Shown piece after piece: positions 18,373 to 28,737 of a stretch of DNA of 32,000 nucleotides. Source of the stretch: an uncultured Opitutales bacterium (GTDB taxonomy: Bacteria > Verrucomicrobiota > Verrucomicrobiia > Opitutales > Intestinicryptomonadaceae); the NCBI GenBank assembly GCA_934660865.1, contig CAKUIA010000013.1:1-32000 (forward strand). The letters are read 5' to 3'. The position numbers and the translations under genes are program-made. The notes beneath the pieces were generated by a model. It saw only the letters and a list, made by a program, of their open reading frames with translations. It was not told the origin of the DNA and made no database searches. Every line of letters begins with the position of its first letter. Positions within the stretch are counted from its first letter, which is position 1.

Positions 18373-19938
18373 ATGGCAAAGCGCGCCCTGTGTTTTTTGG
18401 GCTTTTTTCTGTTTTCGGCAATATTTCTGTTTGCCCAAATAGACAAAGGCAAAGTCTACATATTGTGCAACGCCTCCGACGGCGGGTCGGTTGGGCTTGC
18501 CGAAAACTACGCCGAGCTTAGGAATATCCCAAAATCCAACATAGTTTCGGTTCAAATGCCCCTGTCCGAAGAAATTTCGTGGGAGCAGTTCGACAAAATA
18601 TACCCGCAAATTGTAGGCGGCCTTGAAAAGGCGGGAGCGCTGCGCTCGCAAACAGTAGGCGGCAAAGCCGTTTTAATTTCGCACGACATAGACTTTCTTG
18701 TAAGCTGCCTGGGCGTTCCTTTAAAGGTAAAGGAAAGCGCGCCCGCAAAACAGCTCGACACCGACAAGGCTGCGTTCGATTCACTTTTGTCGGCAATGTT
18801 TTTGCCGCCCTACAAAAAAATCGCAAAAAACCCGCTTTTCGGCAAAAACGGCAAAGACCTGCATAAAAGCGCCCAAGTTGTAAGAACCGCGCGCCTGGGC
18901 GCAGGCAGCTACAGCAGCGCTTTGCAAACCGTAAAAAACGCCATATACGCCGAAGAACACGGCCTTATGGGGCGCGCCTATGTAGACGACTCGAAATTCA
19001 TAATAAAAAAAGGCGGCTATTTAAAGAAAGTGCAAGACATTCTAACCGACTTGGGCTTCGACGTATCGGCTAGCCCCGAAACTCCGCTATTTGGCTTTAC
19101 AGACAGGTTCGACGCCCCTGCCCTGTATTTTGGCTGGTATAGCGAAGTTGCCTGCGGGTACTTTGCCATGGGCGACTTTTATATGCCCGAAGGCGCGGTT
19201 GCAATGCACCTGTTTTCCTTTTCGGCAAAGACGCAAAAAAGCGGGTGGGCCGCAACTTTGCTCGGCAAAAACGCGTCTTGTACCGTAGGCAATGTATACG
19301 AGCCCTACTTGGGGCTAACCCACCGTTTCGATATGTATTTGGCGGCTCTTTGCTCGGGCAAAACGGCGGGCGAAGCCGCGTATTTTTCGTCGCCTGCACT
19401 GCGCTGGCAAAACATATTTATGGGCGACCCGCTGTATACCCCATTTAAGCGCAAGTTGGGCGAACAGCTAAACGACATCGAAAGGGGAAATTCCACCTTT
19501 TACAGCCAGTATGCGGTAATAAGGGCAATGAATATGCTTGCGGCAAAATCGGGCAATGCGGCAAACGCCGTAAAACTCGGCATAGCGTATGCAAAAAAAC
19601 TTAACGACAACACCGCTTTGCTCTTTAAAATAGCGCAGCTAATGCAAACGCTGGGCGACAACAAAAACGCAATGCTTTTTGCCGAAAATGCCGCAAAAAC
19701 GCTTACTGCACCAAACAACCCCTATTTTGGGCTTAATTTTGAAGTTGCAAAATTCGCCTCCGCTTTGGGCAACAACAAACTCGCTTTAGAGCTTTGCAAA
19801 CAGCATATTAAAGCGCATAAAAACGGCAAAATATATCTTAAAAGCGCCCTGCCGCCTGCAATAGAATACGCAAAAAACACAGATACTGCTACGGCGCAAG
19901 AATATGCAAAAATGCTCGAAAACCTGAACAAGCTCTAG
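18373..19938 (+). CDS. Secreted protein, TIGR03790-like N-terminal region with TPR-like C-terminus
   Basis: Signal peptide (ALCFLGFFLFSAIFLFAQ). KVYILCNASDGGSVGLAENYAELRNIPKSNIVSVQMPLSEEIS resembles the N-terminal signature I recall for TIGR03790, and the C-terminus is Ala/Leu/Asn-rich and helical. The start lies 1 nt after the preceding stop. Confidence 0.5.
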   Translation: MAKRALCFLGFFLFSAIFLFAQIDKGKVYILCNASDGGSVGLAENYAELRNIPKSNIVSVQMPLSEEISWEQFDKIYPQIVGGLEKAGALRSQTVGGKAVLISHDIDFLVSCLGVPLKVKESAPAKQLDTDKAAFDSLLSAMFLPPYKKIAKNPLFGKNGKDLHKSAQVVRTARLGAGSYSSALQTVKNAIYAEEHGLMGRAYVDDSKFIIKKGGYLKKVQDILTDLGFDVSASPETPLFGFTDRFDAPALYFGWYSEVACGYFAMGDFYMPEGAVAMHLFSFSAKTQKSGWAATLLGKNASCTVGNVYEPYLGLTHRFDMYLAALCSGKTAGEAAYFSSPALRWQNIFMGDPLYTPFKRKLGEQLNDIERGNSTFYSQYAVIRAMNMLAAKSGNAANAVKLGIAYAKKLNDNTALLFKIAQLMQTLGDNKNAMLFAENAAKTLTAPNNPYFGLNFEVAKFASALGNNKLALELCKQHIKAHKNGKIYLKSALPPAIEYAKNTDTATAQEYAKMLENLNKL

Positions 19939-19950
19939 CGCAAATCTTTT

Positions 19951-19966
19951 CGCCGCAAAAGCGGCG
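19951..19966 (+). terminator. GC-rich hairpin after the stop at 19938 (weak or atypical terminator)
   Basis: CGCCGC-AAAA-GCGGCG stem-loop, flanked by TTTT upstream and AAAAAA downstream. There is no clean T-tract on the plus strand. Confidence 0.35.
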
Positions 19967-20023
19967 CAAAAAATATTCTTGAGTAAGGGCTATGTTTCGT
20001 ATTGAATTTTGCGACATAAATTT

Positions 20024-21289
20024 ATGATAGACTTACGAATTTTAAGAGAACAACCCGATAAACTGCGCCAAAAGATTGCGCTTAAAAAATTCGACTGCGA
20101 TTTAGACGCAATCATCGCATTCGACGAGGTTAGACGCAATATTCTGTCCGAATTCGAAAACGCGCGCGCCCGGCAAAACGCCGAAAGCAAGGCTTTGGCG
20201 CATTTGCCCAAAGGCTCGCCCGAATTTAAGGAGGCAATTTTAAAGCTTAAAGAGGTTTCCGCAAACGTAAAGACCCTAGAGCAAAAAGCCGACGAAGCCG
20301 AAAAAAAGTGGAAGTCAATGCTGCTTACAATCCCCAATATGCCCGACGACAGCGTTCCCGTTGGCAAAAGCGACAAAGACAACGTTACCGTCTACACCTG
20401 GGGCGACATAGACGCAATCAAAAACGCGGTTCCCCATTGGGACTTAAAATTCTTCAACAAGCTGCTTGACTTCCCCCGCGGGGTAAAGGTTACCGGGGCG
20501 GGCTTTCCCTTCTATGTAGGCGACATGGCAAGGCTTGTTCGCTCGCTTTTGGCTCTCTTTTTGGAAGAGGCAAAAAACAACGGCTACGAAGAGGTTATGT
20601 GCCCGATTATGGTAAACACCGCAAGCGCAACGGCAACGGGGCAGCTTCCCGACAAGGAAGGCCAAATGTACCACGACAATCAGGACGATTTCTACATGGT
20701 GCCCACCGCCGAAGTTCCGCTTACAAACTTTTTCAGAGACGAAACTTTCGAGGAATCGCAGCTGCCCGTATACAGGTGCTCGTACACCCCGTGCTTTAGG
20801 CGCGAGGCGGGCTCGTGGGGCAAAGACGTTAGGGGCTTAAACAGGCTTCACCAGTTCGACAAAGTGGAACTCGTAAAATGGGTAAAGCCCGAAACCAGCT
20901 TCGACGAGCTCGACAAACTAAGGCGCGACGCCGAGGGCATTCTGCAAAAGCTCAATTTGCCCTACCGTGTTTTGGCCATTTGCACGGGCGACATAGGTTT
21001 CCCCCACGCAAAGCAGTTCGACTTGGAAGTTTGGGCGGCTGGCCAAAAGAAGTGGCTTGAAGTTTCGAGCTGCTCGTGCTTTACCGACTTTCAGGCAAGA
21101 AGGGCCGGCATTAGATTCCGCCCCGCAAACGGCGGCAAGTCGGAATTTGTGCACACCCTTAACGGTTCGGGCCTGGCAATTCCCAGAGTTTTGGCGGCGC
21201 TGCTCGAAAACAACGTGCAAGACGACGGCACCGTAAAGGTTCCCGAAGTCCTTAAAAAGTGGTACGGCAAAGACTTTATAGGCGACTAA
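20024..21289 (+). CDS. serS: Seryl-tRNA synthetase
   Basis: [13 protein letters not shown]-terminus, coiled-coil arm, and class II motifs ([22 protein letters not shown]). I prefer the ATG at 20024 over the track's TTG at 20009. Confidence 0.95.
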   Translation: MIDLRILREQPDKLRQKIALKKFDCDLDAIIAFDEVRRNILSEFENARARQNAESKALAHLPKGSPEFKEAILKLKEVSANVKTLEQKADEAEKKWKSMLLTIPNMPDDSVPVGKSDKDNVTVYTWGDIDAIKNAVPHWDLKFFNKLLDFPRGVKVTGAGFPFYVGDMARLVRSLLALFLEEAKNNGYEEVMCPIMVNTASATATGQLPDKEGQMYHDNQDDFYMVPTAEVPLTNFFRDETFEESQLPVYRCSYTPCFRREAGSWGKDVRGLNRLHQFDKVELVKWVKPETSFDELDKLRRDAEGILQKLNLPYRVLAICTGDIGFPHAKQFDLEVWAAGQKKWLEVSSCSCFTDFQARRAGIRFRPANGGKSEFVHTLNGSGLAIPRVLAALLENNVQDDGTVKVPEVLKKWYGKDFIGD

Positions 21290-21324
21290 ACAAAACGCAA
21301 ACTATCAACGATATATTTACTATT

Positions 21325-22944
21325 ATGGCAGAAAAAGAATTTAAATACCAAAAGATGTTCCCCTTGGGGCCCGACAACACAAAATACAGGCTCCTTACAA
21401 AAGACTATGTAAGCACGCTAAGGATTGGCCCCCTTCAGATTTTGAAGGTAGACCCCAAAGGGCTGACTTTCCTTGCAAGAAACGCATTCAAAGACGTTTC
21501 GTTTAAATTGAGGCCCGCCCACCTGAAAATGGTTGCCGCCATTTTGGACGACCCCGAAGCCTCCGACAACGACAAGAGCGTTGCCCTTACAATGCTAAGG
21601 AACGCCGAAATTGCCGCCCAGGGCGTTTTGCCCTTCTGCCAAGACACGGGAACGGCAACCGTAATCGGCAAAAAAGGCCAGTATGTATTCACGGGCGTAG
21701 AAGACGAAGAATTCATCTCGAAGGGCGTTTTCGACTGCTACACGCAGGAAAACTTGCGCTATTCGCAAAACGCCCCGCTTAATATGTGGGACGAAGTTAA
21801 CACCCGCTGCAACCTGCCCGCCCAAATAGATTTGTACGCCACAAATTCCGACAAATACGAATTTTTGTTTGTCGCAAAAGGCGGCGGCTCGGCCAACAAA
21901 ACTTATTTGTATCAGGAAACAAAGGCGATAATTACCCCCGAAAAGCTCCTGCCGTTTTTGGTCGAAAAGCTAAAGAGCCTGGGAACTGCCGCCTGCCCGC
22001 CCTACCACGTTGCGTTTGTGATAGGCGGCACCAGCGCCGAAGCCTGCCTAAAAACCGTAAAGCTTGCCTCTACAAAGTATCTTGACAATTTGCCCACGCA
22101 CGGCAACGAGCTTGGACACGCCTTTAGAGACGTTGAAATGGAAAAGCAGCTGTTGGACGCCGCGCACAAATTGGGCATAGGCGCACAATTCGGCGGCAAA
22201 TATTTCGCGTTGGACGTGCGCATTATAAGAATGCCGCGCCACGGCGCAAGCTGCCCCATAGGCTTGGGCGTTTCGTGCTCGGCCGACAGAAACGTAAAGG
22301 CCAAGATAGACAAAGACGGCATTTGGCTTGAAGAGCTCGAATCTGACCCCGCCCAATACATTCCCGAAAGATACCGCAATGTAGACACGGCACAGGGCGC
22401 AGTTTCCATAAACCTTAACAGGCCCATGAACGAGGTTTTGGCGGAATTGTCGAAATACCCCGTAAAGACAAGGCTTAGCCTTAACGGCACTATTATCGTT
22501 GCGCGCGACATTGCGCATGCAAAGATACGCGAACGCCTGCTAAAGGGCGAGGGAATGCCCGAATACCTAAAGCAGCACCCAGTTTACTACGCTGGCCCCG
22601 CAAAAACTCCGCAGGGCAAACCCTCGGGTTCTTTCGGCCCGACAACCGCAGGCAGAATGGATCCTTACGTAGATTTGTTCCAGTCTAACGGCGGCAGTAT
22701 GATTATGATTGCAAAGGGCAACCGCTCGCAACAGGTAACCGACGCATGCAAAAAGCACGGCGGCTTTTACTTGGGTTCTATAGGCGGCCCTGCAGCCCTG
22801 CTTGCCGAAAAGAACATAAAGAAAGTCGAACTTGTAGAATACCCCGAATTGGGCATGGAAGCGGTATGGAAGATAGACGTTGTAGATTTCCCCGCGTTCA
22901 TTCTTGTAGACGACAAGGGCAACGACTTCTTTAAGCAGCTTTAA
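21325..22944 (+). CDS. Class I (Fe-S) fumarate hydratase, fused alpha/beta type
   Basis: 540 aa from the ATG at 21325 ([12 protein letters not shown]...). FCQDTGTA, the GGTSAE region and the C-terminal GKGNRS are typical of FumA/FumB-type enzymes. Confidence 0.9.
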   Translation: MAEKEFKYQKMFPLGPDNTKYRLLTKDYVSTLRIGPLQILKVDPKGLTFLARNAFKDVSFKLRPAHLKMVAAILDDPEASDNDKSVALTMLRNAEIAAQGVLPFCQDTGTATVIGKKGQYVFTGVEDEEFISKGVFDCYTQENLRYSQNAPLNMWDEVNTRCNLPAQIDLYATNSDKYEFLFVAKGGGSANKTYLYQETKAIITPEKLLPFLVEKLKSLGTAACPPYHVAFVIGGTSAEACLKTVKLASTKYLDNLPTHGNELGHAFRDVEMEKQLLDAAHKLGIGAQFGGKYFALDVRIIRMPRHGASCPIGLGVSCSADRNVKAKIDKDGIWLEELESDPAQYIPERYRNVDTAQGAVSINLNRPMNEVLAELSKYPVKTRLSLNGTIIVARDIAHAKIRERLLKGEGMPEYLKQHPVYYAGPAKTPQGKPSGSFGPTTAGRMDPYVDLFQSNGGSMIMIAKGNRSQQVTDACKKHGGFYLGSIGGPAALLAEKNIKKVELVEYPELGMEAVWKIDVVDFPAFILVDDKGNDFFKQL

Positions 22945-22964
22945 TTTTTTAAGGCGAAAAACCG

Positions 22965-23005
22965 AAAAAAGCCTTCCGCATATTTTTTTGCGGATGGCTT
23001 TTTTT
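22965..23005 (+). terminator. Rho-independent terminator
   Basis: AAAAAA-GCCTTCCGCA...TGCGGATGGC-TTTTTTT (one mismatch in an 11-bp stem), 21 nt after the stop. Confidence 0.7.
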
Positions 23006-23133
23006 GTGCCCCGAAAACACCCCTAAAAAAAACTTTTTTAATTAAAGCTGCAAAAAAACCGCAGGTATTGGGCCGCTAAAAAATCTCCGAAAAACTTGAC
23101 AGATATTGCGCATTTTTATTGAATATAGGCCAT

Positions 23134-24807
23134 ATGAAACGCATTACTATTTTTACCGCACTACTGCTGTCGGCATTGTCGGCATTTTCGCAGGAAATGA
23201 CAGCCGAACAAAAGGCAGCCCTACAGGCAAAGGCGAACACACTCTTTCCCAAAGATTCGGCCGCCGCCCAGGATTGGATTAAAAAGCAATCTATGTCTTT
23301 CGAGTCGATAAGCTATATGAACATAGACGGCATAGGCGAAAAAGAGCTAAATTCCATTAAGGCGCAGGCCGCAAAAAAATTTCCGAACGAATATACAAAG
23401 CAGGAGGAATACATAACAAACAACGCCACTGCAATGGCGTCGGTTGCGGCTCTCGGCGACGGTATAGACCCAAAAGTATTTTCGGAAATAAAGGCGGTTG
23501 CCCTAACCGAATGCGGCGACGACATTACAATGTTCTCGACCTACGTTGCCAAACAGCTGGAGGCAAAAAAGTATATAGAAACCATAAAGCCCGCCGAAAA
23601 GGAAGACCCTTTGACTTTTGCGGTAACCAAGCAGGTGCTCGAAAAGACATTCCCGTACAACTACACAAAGCAGCTTGCGGAGCTGCAAAAGAGAACGGGC
23701 ATGCAGGAAACCGCGCAAAAGAAGATAGACAATAAAAATGCCGCCACCGACGGCATCGACCCGAACTCGCCCGGGGCATACAACGTTTTGGGCAGAAAAA
23801 TATTTACAAAGTGCTCGCTAAAAACCTCCGAGCAAAAACCCAGCGTTGCAGTTGCCGTAATGTTCAAGGGCAAAAAAGGCATATTGTGCCCCTTTAGCTG
23901 CTATAAAACCGACAATTTCGACCTTATAACCTCGGGCGGCGACCGTCCCAAAATAAATGGTATATACGCCTGCAAGGAGGAACCCGTGCTTTTTATCGAG
24001 GTAGAATCGTTCCCAGAGGGAATGCAGCCGATAGAAATAGAGGACGAGCAGGAGGTAAAGAAAATAATAACCCAGCCCCTGACTTTGGCGGGCATGTATT
24101 CGGCCTCGCAAATTACGTGCTACCAAATTTCGGTTGCGTCGATACGCGACAACGACTACCTTTTAAGCGCAAAAACGCCCTACTCTTTCACCCCCGGCGT
24201 TCTGCTTATAGACTTTGCAAAAAACAAACTGATAAGCTTTATGCTTGTTAAGGAAAAGAAAATTCCGCTTACCGATTTGGACAACCGTACCGAAGCTTTG
24301 AACATACTAAGAAGACAGGAGTCGCGCACAGAGGAAATCCGTTACTACCCGAGGCTGGACACCCTTAATTCGTTCGAGCCCCTTGTTCCGCAAAAGCTGA
24401 AGGAACAGGCCGAATATTTGGAAAACCTGAAAAAGTCCAACGACAACCTATACAAAGCCTACACCCTAAATTCGTTCGACAAACTAAGGGGCGTAAGCCT
24501 GTTTAACAGGGCTATCTCCAAATACGAGTCAAAATTCTTTTCCAGAAGCGATAGCGCAACATTTAACAGGGAAATGCGCGCATACCTTAGCGACGTAATA
24601 AACGTAATGAAGAAAGACATTAAGGAAAAAGACCCCGAAACTTTCTACTCGTCGCTAAAAGACGAAGTGCGCCTGCAAACCCAAAAAAGGCACTTAATTA
24701 TAGCCTATTTCGAGAACAATATGCGCAAGGGCAATGTAGAGCCGCTTATACCGTCCGACGTAAAATCGTACAGGGAAAGAATGGTGCGCGACGGCAAGCG
24801 CCGCTAG
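23134..24807 (+). CDS. Secreted protein of unknown function with N-terminal 45-aa repeats
   Basis: ATG at 23134 gives the signal peptide MKRITIFTALLLSALSAFS. There are four periodic repeats with an F-P-x-x-Y-x-x-Q core, then a beta-rich middle region and a Lys/Arg/Glu-rich helical C-terminus. No family recognised. Confidence 0.6.
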   Translation: MKRITIFTALLLSALSAFSQEMTAEQKAALQAKANTLFPKDSAAAQDWIKKQSMSFESISYMNIDGIGEKELNSIKAQAAKKFPNEYTKQEEYITNNATAMASVAALGDGIDPKVFSEIKAVALTECGDDITMFSTYVAKQLEAKKYIETIKPAEKEDPLTFAVTKQVLEKTFPYNYTKQLAELQKRTGMQETAQKKIDNKNAATDGIDPNSPGAYNVLGRKIFTKCSLKTSEQKPSVAVAVMFKGKKGILCPFSCYKTDNFDLITSGGDRPKINGIYACKEEPVLFIEVESFPEGMQPIEIEDEQEVKKIITQPLTLAGMYSASQITCYQISVASIRDNDYLLSAKTPYSFTPGVLLIDFAKNKLISFMLVKEKKIPLTDLDNRTEALNILRRQESRTEEIRYYPRLDTLNSFEPLVPQKLKEQAEYLENLKKSNDNLYKAYTLNSFDKLRGVSLFNRAISKYESKFFSRSDSATFNREMRAYLSDVINVMKKDIKEKDPETFYSSLKDEVRLQTQKRHLIIAYFENNMRKGNVEPLIPSDVKSYRERMVRDGKRR

Positions 24808-25763
24808 TGCTCGAAACCGCGCTCGGTTAGCAAACGCCTATTATTGTTTTCAACCAAAACAAGCCCTTCCGAAAATTCCTTTCGGGGGGCTTTTTTTATG
24901 CGGCCTATTTCGTAGATTTCCGAGCCGAATTTTTTTCGGAAACCTTCCTTTAATTTTGCAAGGCTGCCTTTGCCCCTTACGCAGAACAAAAGCTCGTAGT
25001 CTTCGCCGTCGCACAGGGCCTTTTTAAGGTTGTTGCCCTTGAACTTATAAACGGGTATTTGCCCGGCGTACAGCTCGGCATACAAGCCCCTGCAAAGCAA
25101 ATGCCTTAGGTCCGAAGCAATGCCGTCGCTTATATCCATACACGAAACTACGCATTTGTTTGCCGCCAAAAAACGGCCCTCGGGCACTTTTGGGCGGAAT
25201 GTTAAATGCCTTTTGCTTTCGTACGAAGCCCCCAAAGGGCCGCTAACGCAAATATAGTCGCCGTCTTTTGCACCGCTGCGCAGCATTGCGCGTTTGTCGG
25301 TGCGGCCTATCAAAGTAAGGTGCATCGAAAAAAAGTCGCTTTTAACCGAGGCCAAATCGCCGCCTATAATTTTTACATTATACTCTTTTGCGGCGGCCGC
25401 CATTCCGCGCAAAAACGCCCTTAAATATTTCATCGACATATTGTCGCACACAACGGCGCTCGTTTGCGCGTAAAGCGGAATTGCGCCCATTGCCGCTATG
25501 TCGGAAATATTGCGCTTAATTATTTTCGTTCCCGCCAAAAACGGGTTGCCGTCCGTATCGAAATGCCTGCCGGCAATAACGCAGTCGCTGGTAATAAGCG
25601 CCTTGTCTTTAAGGGTTTTATAGTCTACAACCGCGCAGTCGTCGCCCGGGCCAAACGGAGCTTTGGGCGCAACTTGCCCGAAAATCTTTACGGCCTGCGC
25701 TATTGCTGCCTTTTCTTTTACAAACCCGAACGAATCCTTTAAATCTACTGCTGTAAATTGCAT
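24804..25763 (-). CDS. thiL: Thiamine-monophosphate kinase
   Basis: 319 aa with an AIR-synthase-like fold. FGPGDDCAVV, the DISDG region and CDGEDYELLF are typical of ThiL. Confidence 0.85.
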   Translation of the reverse strand: MQFTAVDLKDSFGFVKEKAAIAQAVKIFGQVAPKAPFGPGDDCAVVDYKTLKDKALITSDCVIAGRHFDTDGNPFLAGTKIIKRNISDIAAMGAIPLYAQTSAVVCDNMSMKYLRAFLRGMAAAAKEYNVKIIGGDLASVKSDFFSMHLTLIGRTDKRAMLRSGAKDGDYICVSGPLGASYESKRHLTFRPKVPEGRFLAANKCVVSCMDISDGIASDLRHLLCRGLYAELYAGQIPVYKFKGNNLKKALCDGEDYELLFCVRGKGSLAKLKEGFRKKFGSEIYEIGRIKKAPRKEFSEGLVLVENNNRRLLTERGFEH

Positions 25764-26452
25764 ATCGAAATCATCAAAACATTTACAATGTTAAAGAGCG
25801 AATGAACCAAAATGTTCAGCCTTATGTCGCGGTATTTTTCGTATACCGCGCAAAATAAAACCGACAATGCCGCAAGCGAAACAAACGCCTCTATGCTAAA
25901 GTGTATTCCCGCAAACAACAGCGAAACAAGAACCGCGGCAAACAGGTTGTTAAACGCCCCCTTTAAAATTCTGTACAAATAGCCCCTAAATAAAAGCTCT
26001 TCCGAAATGGGGGCCAAAACCGCGATGGACAAAAACGCCATTGCATTTTCGGCCACCCCCGAAGCCGAAAGCCAAAGGTCTATGCTGTTTTGCATTTCGT
26101 ATTTTACGCCCAGCAAAAACAAAACGCCCTTCCACAAAGCCATTGTTGCAAACACAAGCAGCAACGCCAAAAGCGTATATTTTGCGGCTTTCGCAAAAAG
26201 GCTTCTTTTGGGCAAAGTAAAGCTAAAATCAACCCTGCAAAATTTTGCATACAAAATCAGCCACACCGACAACGCCGCCTGCAGCACCAGCGAGGATACT
26301 ATAACGCAAAAGGTTTCGCCGCCGCCGAAAAACTTGGAAGATACGGCAAGCGAAACGTAGTAGACCCCGAACAGACCGAAAAAGAACCCGAAAAAGTCGC
26401 TTGCTCGTTTAAAGGCGATGCAACTTAGGTTGTCTGGGATAATTTTCGGCAT
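25745..26452 (-). CDS. CPBP family intramembrane glutamic endopeptidase (CAAX protease-like)
   Basis: Polytopic membrane protein with SEELLFRGYLY (EExxxR), FAGIH and HSLFN motifs. Confidence 0.8.
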   Translation of the reverse strand: MPKIIPDNLSCIAFKRASDFFGFFFGLFGVYYVSLAVSSKFFGGGETFCVIVSSLVLQAALSVWLILYAKFCRVDFSFTLPKRSLFAKAAKYTLLALLLVFATMALWKGVLFLLGVKYEMQNSIDLWLSASGVAENAMAFLSIAVLAPISEELLFRGYLYRILKGAFNNLFAAVLVSLLFAGIHFSIEAFVSLAALSVLFCAVYEKYRDIRLNILVHSLFNIVNVLMISICNLQQ

Positions 26453-27711
26453 TATTCAATGTAGGCGGGCTTTCCGTTTACGTAGGTGGCCTCTATTTTG
26501 CCCGTAAGCTCTTTGCCGAACCACGGCGAATTTTTCGAGCGCGAAAGGCTTTTGTCGTAAACGTAGTTGCGCGACAAGTCGGCTATGCAAAAGTCGGCGG
26601 GCATGCCGCACTGCAAAGATCCCGCGTTTATGCCCAAAAGCTTTGCGGGCGAAATAGTCATAAGTTTTATCAATTTCGACAATTTCATTTTGCCGCTTAA
26701 AACAAGGGTTTTATAGCAAACCGAAAAGGCCGTTTCAAAACCTATCATTCCGCACGGGGCATAGTCGAATTCCACGTTCTTGTCGGCGGGCGAATGGGGG
26801 GCGTGGTCGGTCGCAATAACGTCTATGGTGCCGTCGCACAAGCCCTTAATTACCGCCTTTACATCGTCTTTCGTTCTAAGGGGCGGGTTTACTTTGCAGT
26901 TTGTATCGTAGTCTAAAAGACAATCGTCGGTAAGTGCAATATGGTGCGGCGTGGCCTCGGCGCTTACGTTTATACCCGCCTTTTTCGCGTTTCTTACCAA
27001 GTCTACCGAATATGCGCTGGACAAATGCTGCATGTGAACGCGCGCGCCCGTATATTTCGAAAGGATTATGTTGCGCGAAACTATAATGTCTTCGGCGGCG
27101 TTCGGCCAACCGCCAAGCCCCAACTTAAGGCTTACCAGGCCGTCGTTCATCTGCCCTTTCGCAGTCATATCCGCGTCTTGGCAGTGGTCCATAACAACAA
27201 GGTCGAACATTTTTGCGTATTCTAGCGCCTTTAGCATAAGCTCGTTGTTTTGAACGCACGAGCCGTCGTCGGTAAGGGCAATGGCGCCCGCGTTTTTAAG
27301 GGTGCCTATGGGGGCAAGTTTTTTGCCCTCCCTATTTTCGGTAATGCACGCGCTTAAATACACCTTAACCGCTGCCGAAGCCTTCACTATTTCGCTTACA
27401 AGCCTGAATGTCGAGGCCGAGTCTACGCAAGGCTTTGTGTTCGGCATTGCCAAAATGCTTGTAAAGCCGCCTGCAGCGGCTGCTTTTGTTCCGCTTTCTA
27501 TTGTTTCCTTCGCAGTCTGGCCGGGTTCTCTTAAGTGGCAGTGCACGTCTACAAAACCGGGGAACACAAATTTGCCCTTTGCGTCTATAACCTTTTGTTT
27601 ACCCGATGCTTTTTCGACAAAAACGCCGTTTTTAACAAAAAAATCCCTTTTTTCTTCAACCGAGTTTGCGGGGTCTACAACGGTTGCATTTTTAATTATA
27701 AGGCAATCCAT
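26452..27711 (-). CDS. pyrC: Dihydroorotase (multifunctional-complex type)
   Basis: 419 aa. DVHCHLREPG (HxH metal site) and VIATDHAPH; it lies directly downstream of pyrB. Confidence 0.9.
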   Translation of the reverse strand: MDCLIIKNATVVDPANSVEEKRDFFVKNGVFVEKASGKQKVIDAKGKFVFPGFVDVHCHLREPGQTAKETIESGTKAAAAGGFTSILAMPNTKPCVDSASTFRLVSEIVKASAAVKVYLSACITENREGKKLAPIGTLKNAGAIALTDDGSCVQNNELMLKALEYAKMFDLVVMDHCQDADMTAKGQMNDGLVSLKLGLGGWPNAAEDIIVSRNIILSKYTGARVHMQHLSSAYSVDLVRNAKKAGINVSAEATPHHIALTDDCLLDYDTNCKVNPPLRTKDDVKAVIKGLCDGTIDVIATDHAPHSPADKNVEFDYAPCGMIGFETAFSVCYKTLVLSGKMKLSKLIKLMTISPAKLLGINAGSLQCGMPADFCIADLSRNYVYDKSLSRSKNSPWFGKELTGKIEATYVNGKPAYIE

Positions 27712-27715
27712 AAAA

Positions 27716-28681
27716 TTATTTTCCCTTCTTTGTAGAGGCTAACATGCACAAATACAACACGGCCATTCTCACGGCAACGCCGTTTGTAACCTGCTCTAAT
27801 ATAACCGAGCGGGACGAGTCGGCAAGTTCGCTGTCTAGCTCCACGCCCCTGTTTATAGGCCCCGGGTGCATAATAATTGCGTTCTTCTTAAGGTAGCTTT
27901 CCCTAAGCTTGTTAAGCCCGAAAATAGACGCATATTCGCCTATGGACGGGAAGTGTATAAACGACTGCCTTTCGTGCTGTATTCTTAAAAGCATAACAAC
28001 ATCGGCGTCGGAAATGGCTTCCTTTAAATTGTGGACAACTTTTACCCCCATTTGCTCGAACATTTTTGGAACAAGCGTTGAAGGCCCCGCCAGCGTAAGG
28101 TTTACCCCCTGCTTTTTAAGCGCATAAATATTCGAGCGCGCAACGCGGCTAAACAGAATGTCGCCTAAAATTGTAACGTTTTTGCCCTTTAGGTTCTTGC
28201 CCAAATGCTGGCGCATTGTAAAAGAGTCTAGCAAGGCCTGCGTAGGGTGGGCATGCGCGCCGTCGCCCGCGTTTATTACGGGAACTTTAACCCTTTTCGA
28301 AAGATATTCGGCAGCCCCCGCCGCGCTGTGGCGCATAATAATCATGTCGGTGCTCAGGGCCTCTATGTTGCGGGCGGTGTCCCTAAGCGTTTCGCCCTTT
28401 ACAATCGACGACGTCCCCCCCGCAATGGAAATTACGTCGGCACCCAGCCTGTGGGCGGCCATTTCGAAGGCCGTACGCGTTCTGGTGCTGGGTTCTAAAA
28501 ACAAATTAACAATGGTCTTGCCCTGAAGGAACGGAAGCTTGCAACCGTCTTCCTTTATAAGAGCCTTAAAAAGCTCGGCCAGCGAAAATATTTGCTCCAT
28601 TTCGGAAAGGCTTAAACTCTCTATGTCGGTTAAATCTTTCCTTGTCCAATTTATATTTTTAAAAAAATCGGTATTTATCAT
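27716..28681 (-). CDS. pyrB: Aspartate carbamoyltransferase catalytic subunit
   Basis: 321 aa. EPSTRTRTAFEMA, HPTQALLD and MHPGPINRG are canonical ATCase motifs. Confidence 0.95.
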   Translation of the reverse strand: MINTDFFKNINWTRKDLTDIESLSLSEMEQIFSLAELFKALIKEDGCKLPFLQGKTIVNLFLEPSTRTRTAFEMAAHRLGADVISIAGGTSSIVKGETLRDTARNIEALSTDMIIMRHSAAGAAEYLSKRVKVPVINAGDGAHAHPTQALLDSFTMRQHLGKNLKGKNVTILGDILFSRVARSNIYALKKQGVNLTLAGPSTLVPKMFEQMGVKVVHNLKEAISDADVVMLLRIQHERQSFIHFPSIGEYASIFGLNKLRESYLKKNAIIMHPGPINRGVELDSELADSSRSVILEQVTNGVAVRMAVLYLCMLASTKKGK

Positions 28682-28737
28682 AAAAACAAACTGTGCTTTA
28701 CATAGATATAAAAGGGCAAAAGCCGCCTTTTGTAAAG

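Noticed and set aside
22002-22511. 169-aa and 156-aa minus-strand ORFs inside the fumarase gene
   Set aside because: They are shadow ORFs antisense to a gene with diagnostic motifs. Similar long antisense ORFs occur in most genes in this window.
23096-23124. Sigma-70-like promoter (TTGACA, 17 nt, TTGAAT) upstream of the secreted-protein gene
   Set aside because: The -10 element is weak and would place the transcription start only a few nt before the ATG. The promoter consensus of this lineage is unknown, so I made no call.
28717-28732. Hairpin CAAAAG-CCGC-CTTTTG between the helicase gene and pyrB, as a terminator or pyr attenuator
   Set aside because: The stem is short and A/T-rich, alternative pairings exist, and the T-tract is poor. 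It cannot be separated from chance structure.
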